Origin: Armatimonadota bacterium | GTDB lineage: Bacteria > Armatimonadota > UBA10988 | Length of the DNA stretch: 48,321 nucleotides | Assembly (NCBI GenBank): GCA_016235455.1 | Contig: JACRKZ010000002.1 | Coordinates: forward strand, 1 to 48,321 | Direction: 5' to 3' | Shown: piece after piece, positions 44,860 through 48,321 of the stretch | Numbering within the stretch: the stretch's first letter is position 1 | Layout: each line of letters begins with the position of its first letter | The notes under the pieces: model-generated | Told to the model about the DNA's origin: nothing | Database searches by the model: none | What the model saw: the letters and a program-made list of their open reading frames with translations, nothing else | Position numbers and translations under genes: made by a program

Positions 44860-47034
44860 ATGTTGCCGATGACCACCTGTCTGGCCCGCCTGGGCAGCCG
44901 CTTCAGCCTCCAATTCGACCCCGTGCGCCGGCATGTGCTGTACGGCGCGGTCGGCCTGTTCCATCAGACCGAGAGCCAGCTCCTGGTCGAACTGCGCGAT
45001 GCCGCCGGCGTCAGCCAGGCCTTCCCCTTCGCCGGCGACCGGCCGGGGTTCGACCTGCTGCAGCAGCGCCAGACGCTGACTCGCCTGGCACTCGACGGCC
45101 ACAGCCTGCGCACCGGCGCCAAGGTCGAGATGGAGGTCGTGGCGCCATTCCTGCCCGGCGACCTGCGCCTGTCGCTGGCGCCGCTCTACCTGTTGCGCGT
45201 CAAGGTGGAGCCCTCGCCCAGCCTGCGCTGGACGGGACCGGACAAGGACGCCGCCCGCCGCGGCACGCTGCGCGTGGCGCTCGACGTGCCGGGCGTTGCC
45301 GTCGAGACCGGCGAGGTGGTCACGCTCAGCTACGATACGGTCATCCAGCACTCGCGCACCACCGGCGAGGGCGGCATCGACCAGGTCAGCGATGGCACGG
45401 CCCGCGGCGTCGCGGAGGATGTGGCGCACTGCCAGGGGCAGGTGGCGCCGATCGACGGCCCGTGGCGCGCGACTGACGGTGGCTTCGAGCTGGACTACGA
45501 CCTGAGCGATGGCCCCGTCGAGGGCTGGCTGGCGCTGACCGGCTGGTTCGCCGACAAGTGCTTCGAGGGCCATCATGCCGCTGGGCCGCTACGCTACGCC
45601 ACGTTGTTTGGCGGCATCGACGAGGTCCTGGCGATGGCGCGCGACGAGCGCGCGCGCATCCTCGCCGCGGCGGACTTCGTGGACGGCCTGATCACCGGCA
45701 GCAGTCTGCCCAAGTCGCTCCAGGACCTGATCGCCTTCTCGTTCCACAGCTTCCTGAGTTGCACCCTCTGGGCCGACCTGGCGGACCGAGACTGGTTCAG
45801 CGTGTGGGAAGGGTCCTGCTGGTACAACTCGACGGTCGATGTGGAGTACAACGACGCGCCGTTCTTCTTCGGCCTGTGGCCCGAGTTGATGGAGCTGATC
45901 TTCTGTGAATGGGAGAGCCACCAGCGGCCGGCCGAGGCCGGCACCTGGCTGGAGCACGACATGGGCGCCGGCTGGACCTGCAACGGCCAGAGCTACCACC
46001 ATCCCATGGAGGTCGAGGAGAACAGCAACTGGCTGCTGATGCTCTATGCCCACGGTGAATGGTGGGGCAAGCCCGAGCTCTATGCCCGCTTCGAAGGGAT
46101 CAACCGCAACCTGGTCGAGTACCTGCTGTGGGCCGACACCACCGGCAACGGCTTCCCCGACCAGGGCACGGCCAACACCATCGACGACGCCACGCCAGCC
46201 GTGCAGTACGGCCGCGACCAGGTCTACCTGGGCGTCAAGCGCCTGGCCGCGCTCTATGCCGCCGCGCGCATGGCCGAGACCATCGAGGACTTCGACCTGG
46301 CCGAGCGCTGCCACGCCGAAGTGACCAAGGCCGTCGACACGCTGCAGGCCGGCTGGCTGGGCGACCACTACCCGGTCTGCCTGGACAAGACCACCACGGG
46401 TCTGCTCGACGCCTGGAGCCACCAGCCCCTGCCCTACGACGAACTGCCCGGCTGGGACGCCTACAGCTTGTACACCACCAATGGCCTGCTGTACCTGCTC
46501 ATGGTCGACGACCTGCCCAACGGGCTGGACCGCGACCTGCTACGGCTCGACGCGATCTCGGCGTACCAGGCGAGCCTGACCGAGTACGGCTGCACCCACT
46601 CCAGCGCCGACCCCGAGCACCTGTGGGTCAGCATGAACCTGTGGCGCGACCAGGCGGCGTCCTATCTGGGCGAGGACCTGTTCGGCACCAGCGAGCGCTA
46701 CTGGTCGATGCAGGTGGCCGCCAACGCCGGCTGCGAGGCCAAGTGTTTCGTCGACACCAGCTACTCGAACAACCTCTGCTTCTACCCGCGCGGCATCGCC
46801 AGCCTGGGCGCCGTGTGGGCCGCCGTCGGGCTGACCGTGCGCGCGGCCGAGAAGGTCATCACCATCGACCCGCCGAGCCGCTGCCGCGTGCCGATCTTGA
46901 CGCATGTCGACTGGGCCGGCCTGCGCGCGCCATGGCTAGAGGCGGAGCCTGGCGAAGATGGTCTGGCCTGGACCATCGAGAACGAGGACCTGCTCGACGG
47001 CTGGGAGGTCGTGGCGCGCATCGACGAGGAGTAG
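44860..47034 (+). CDS. Six-hairpin glycosidase-like protein (GtaA/DUF4965-like)
   Basis: EGSC...STVDV, HDMG, MEVEENSNWLL, NTIDD and LGVK resemble the glutaminase-A/DUF4965 (alpha/alpha)6 family. Confidence 0.65.
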   Translation: MLPMTTCLARLGSRFSLQFDPVRRHVLYGAVGLFHQTESQLLVELRDAAGVSQAFPFAGDRPGFDLLQQRQTLTRLALDGHSLRTGAKVEMEVVAPFLPGDLRLSLAPLYLLRVKVEPSPSLRWTGPDKDAARRGTLRVALDVPGVAVETGEVVTLSYDTVIQHSRTTGEGGIDQVSDGTARGVAEDVAHCQGQVAPIDGPWRATDGGFELDYDLSDGPVEGWLALTGWFADKCFEGHHAAGPLRYATLFGGIDEVLAMARDERARILAAADFVDGLITGSSLPKSLQDLIAFSFHSFLSCTLWADLADRDWFSVWEGSCWYNSTVDVEYNDAPFFFGLWPELMELIFCEWESHQRPAEAGTWLEHDMGAGWTCNGQSYHHPMEVEENSNWLLMLYAHGEWWGKPELYARFEGINRNLVEYLLWADTTGNGFPDQGTANTIDDATPAVQYGRDQVYLGVKRLAALYAAARMAETIEDFDLAERCHAEVTKAVDTLQAGWLGDHYPVCLDKTTTGLLDAWSHQPLPYDELPGWDAYSLYTTNGLLYLLMVDDLPNGLDRDLLRLDAISAYQASLTEYGCTHSSADPEHLWVSMNLWRDQAASYLGEDLFGTSERYWSMQVAANAGCEAKCFVDTSYSNNLCFYPRGIASLGAVWAAVGLTVRAAEKVITIDPPSRCRVPILTHVDWAGLRAPWLEAEPGEDGLAWTIENEDLLDGWEVVARIDEE

Positions 47035-47045
47035 CGGCCGGAATC

Positions 47046-47081
47046 ACGCACGGCCGGCCCTCGAGAGGACCGGCCGTGCGT
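47046..47081. terminator. Hairpin between convergent genes
   Basis: acgcacggccggccctc / gaggaccggccgtgcgt, a near-perfect stem. Confidence 0.6.
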
Positions 47082-47107
47082 CGCTGCGTTGCTCCTGGCT
47101 CCGCCCC

Positions 47108-47836
47108 TTAGTCGGTGCGGAACCAAGCTTCTGCATTGGGCGACACCGAGCGGCGCAGAGCCACTTGGCTGCCCGAGGCGTCGGCCCAGTTGCCCGGCCC
47201 TTTGTACCACTTCACATGACCGTCCACATGCAGGTAGTTGGCGCCCTCCTGGTGCCGGTAACGGGCGATCAGGTAGTCCGTGTCGTTGGCATTGCCCCAG
47301 GTCATCACCGCGCTGCCCTTGTGCGGCACCACCAGCACCTGCTGCGCCGGATAGTCGATGGAAGCCAGCGTCGCCGCGGGGGTGCCCGCCGACCCGGCCC
47401 GCATCAACTGCTGGTTGGCCGCATAGCCACGGTTGGGCGATGAACCCTTGGTACCGTCCGCCAACGCCTTGTCATAGTCGGGGCACACCCAGACGCCACT
47501 CTTGGCGGTCGCGGTCTGCTGCGTGTTCAGGTTGCCGATGCCCGACTTGATGTACGGCTCGATGCTCGCCTGCCAGATCCAGTTCGAGCCGCCGCCGTAC
47601 GCCCAGTTGGCCAGCGGCAACGTCTCGTCGTAGTCCTGCGTGTACTGCAGCAGAGCGAGACCGATCTGCTTAAGGTTCGACTGGCAACTCGCGCTCCGCG
47701 CTTTGGCGCGCGCCTGCGCAAATACCGGGAACAGTATCGCCGCCAAGATCGCGATGATCGCGATCACCACCAACAACTCGATGAGGGTGAAACCGCCCGC
47801 GCCCGAGCGCCTGGTCCCTACCGTCCTGCTATTCAT
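47108..47836 (-). CDS. Prepilin-type N-terminal cleavage/methylation protein (DUF1559-like, H-X9-DG)
   Basis: [47 protein letters not shown], and [16 protein letters not shown]. The start could extend to 48019. Confidence 0.9.
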   Translation of the reverse strand: MNSRTVGTRRSGAGGFTLIELLVVIAIIAILAAILFPVFAQARAKARSASCQSNLKQIGLALLQYTQDYDETLPLANWAYGGGSNWIWQASIEPYIKSGIGNLNTQQTATAKSGVWVCPDYDKALADGTKGSSPNRGYAANQQLMRAGSAGTPAATLASIDYPAQQVLVVPHKGSAVMTWGNANDTDYLIARYRHQEGANYLHVDGHVKWYKGPGNWADASGSQVALRRSVSPNAEAWFRTD

Positions 47837-48321
47837 CTCTGCATCCTCGTCGTGTCCCAAGACCCTGTGTCCGCACGCGCGGCGCCCTGCGAAGGCGCCC
47901 GCCACAACGACTTCCGCCCGCGCTCTCAGCGGAAGTCGCGCGTACAACAGCAGGTCGCGCGCCAGCCCGACTGCCTGCTCACCACCTGCCGACCACTGCT
48001 CGCGCGACTCATTGTCCATTTACTCCATCTACTTAGTAGAGATACAACACAAAGGAGCTTGTGTCAAGGGGCAGGCAAGAATGCGCGCACAGATGGTCAT
48101 GCGGCGCGAGCGGGTCAGCGAGCGGCGGCCAGTCTGGCCACCAGCACCGGCGGCACATCGGGCATGTCGTCCCAGCGGCAGCCCGGCCGACCGGCGCCCG
48201 GCGGCAAGGTCGGCTCCAGCAACCCGGTGAGCGCCAGCCCAGCGGCGAAGGCCGGAGCCAGCAGGTCGGTCAGCGAGCGATGGAAGACCCACTGCGCCTC
48301 GGGCTGGCCGACGATGCCTTC

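Noticed and set aside
48068-48321. Possible gene at the right window edge
   Set aside because: No recognisable motif or convincing frame in the available sequence.

Overview
Very GC-rich bacterial chromosomal segment. It is probably from Armatimonadota, an inference from two FTLIELLV...[11 protein letters not shown] / H-X9-DG prepilin-like proteins and the general gene style. Housekeeping and metabolic genes include two CNNM/HlyC CBS proteins, pheA, accD-accA, hisS, a trkA-trkA-KimA-like K+ module, bshA, ribD-ribE-ribBA-ribH, an RRM protein, an orphan sucC and an isolated nuoH-nuoI pair. The most striking accessory element is at 7832-15135: an ECF sigma factor and a minimal zinc-binding anti-sigma factor, followed by four tightly spaced, divergent paralogues of an uncharacterised polytopic membrane protein. 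These share TPR-like motifs and a nearly invariant C-terminal MDAAAPARPLP tail. Other notable items: a possible attenuator/riboswitch-like leader before the K+ operon; an ACT/ferredoxin-like insert in an ABC-associated TPR protein; several apparent pseudo-enzymes; a stand-alone lipoyl+E3-binding protein coupled to bshA; a glycosidase cluster bracketed by prepilin-like genes; an exact 138-bp tandem duplication; and an internally deleted htrA. The last two may be assembly artefacts. No rRNA, tRNA, CRISPR array, transposase or integrase was recognised. All annotations come from motif recognition by eye; no searches were run.
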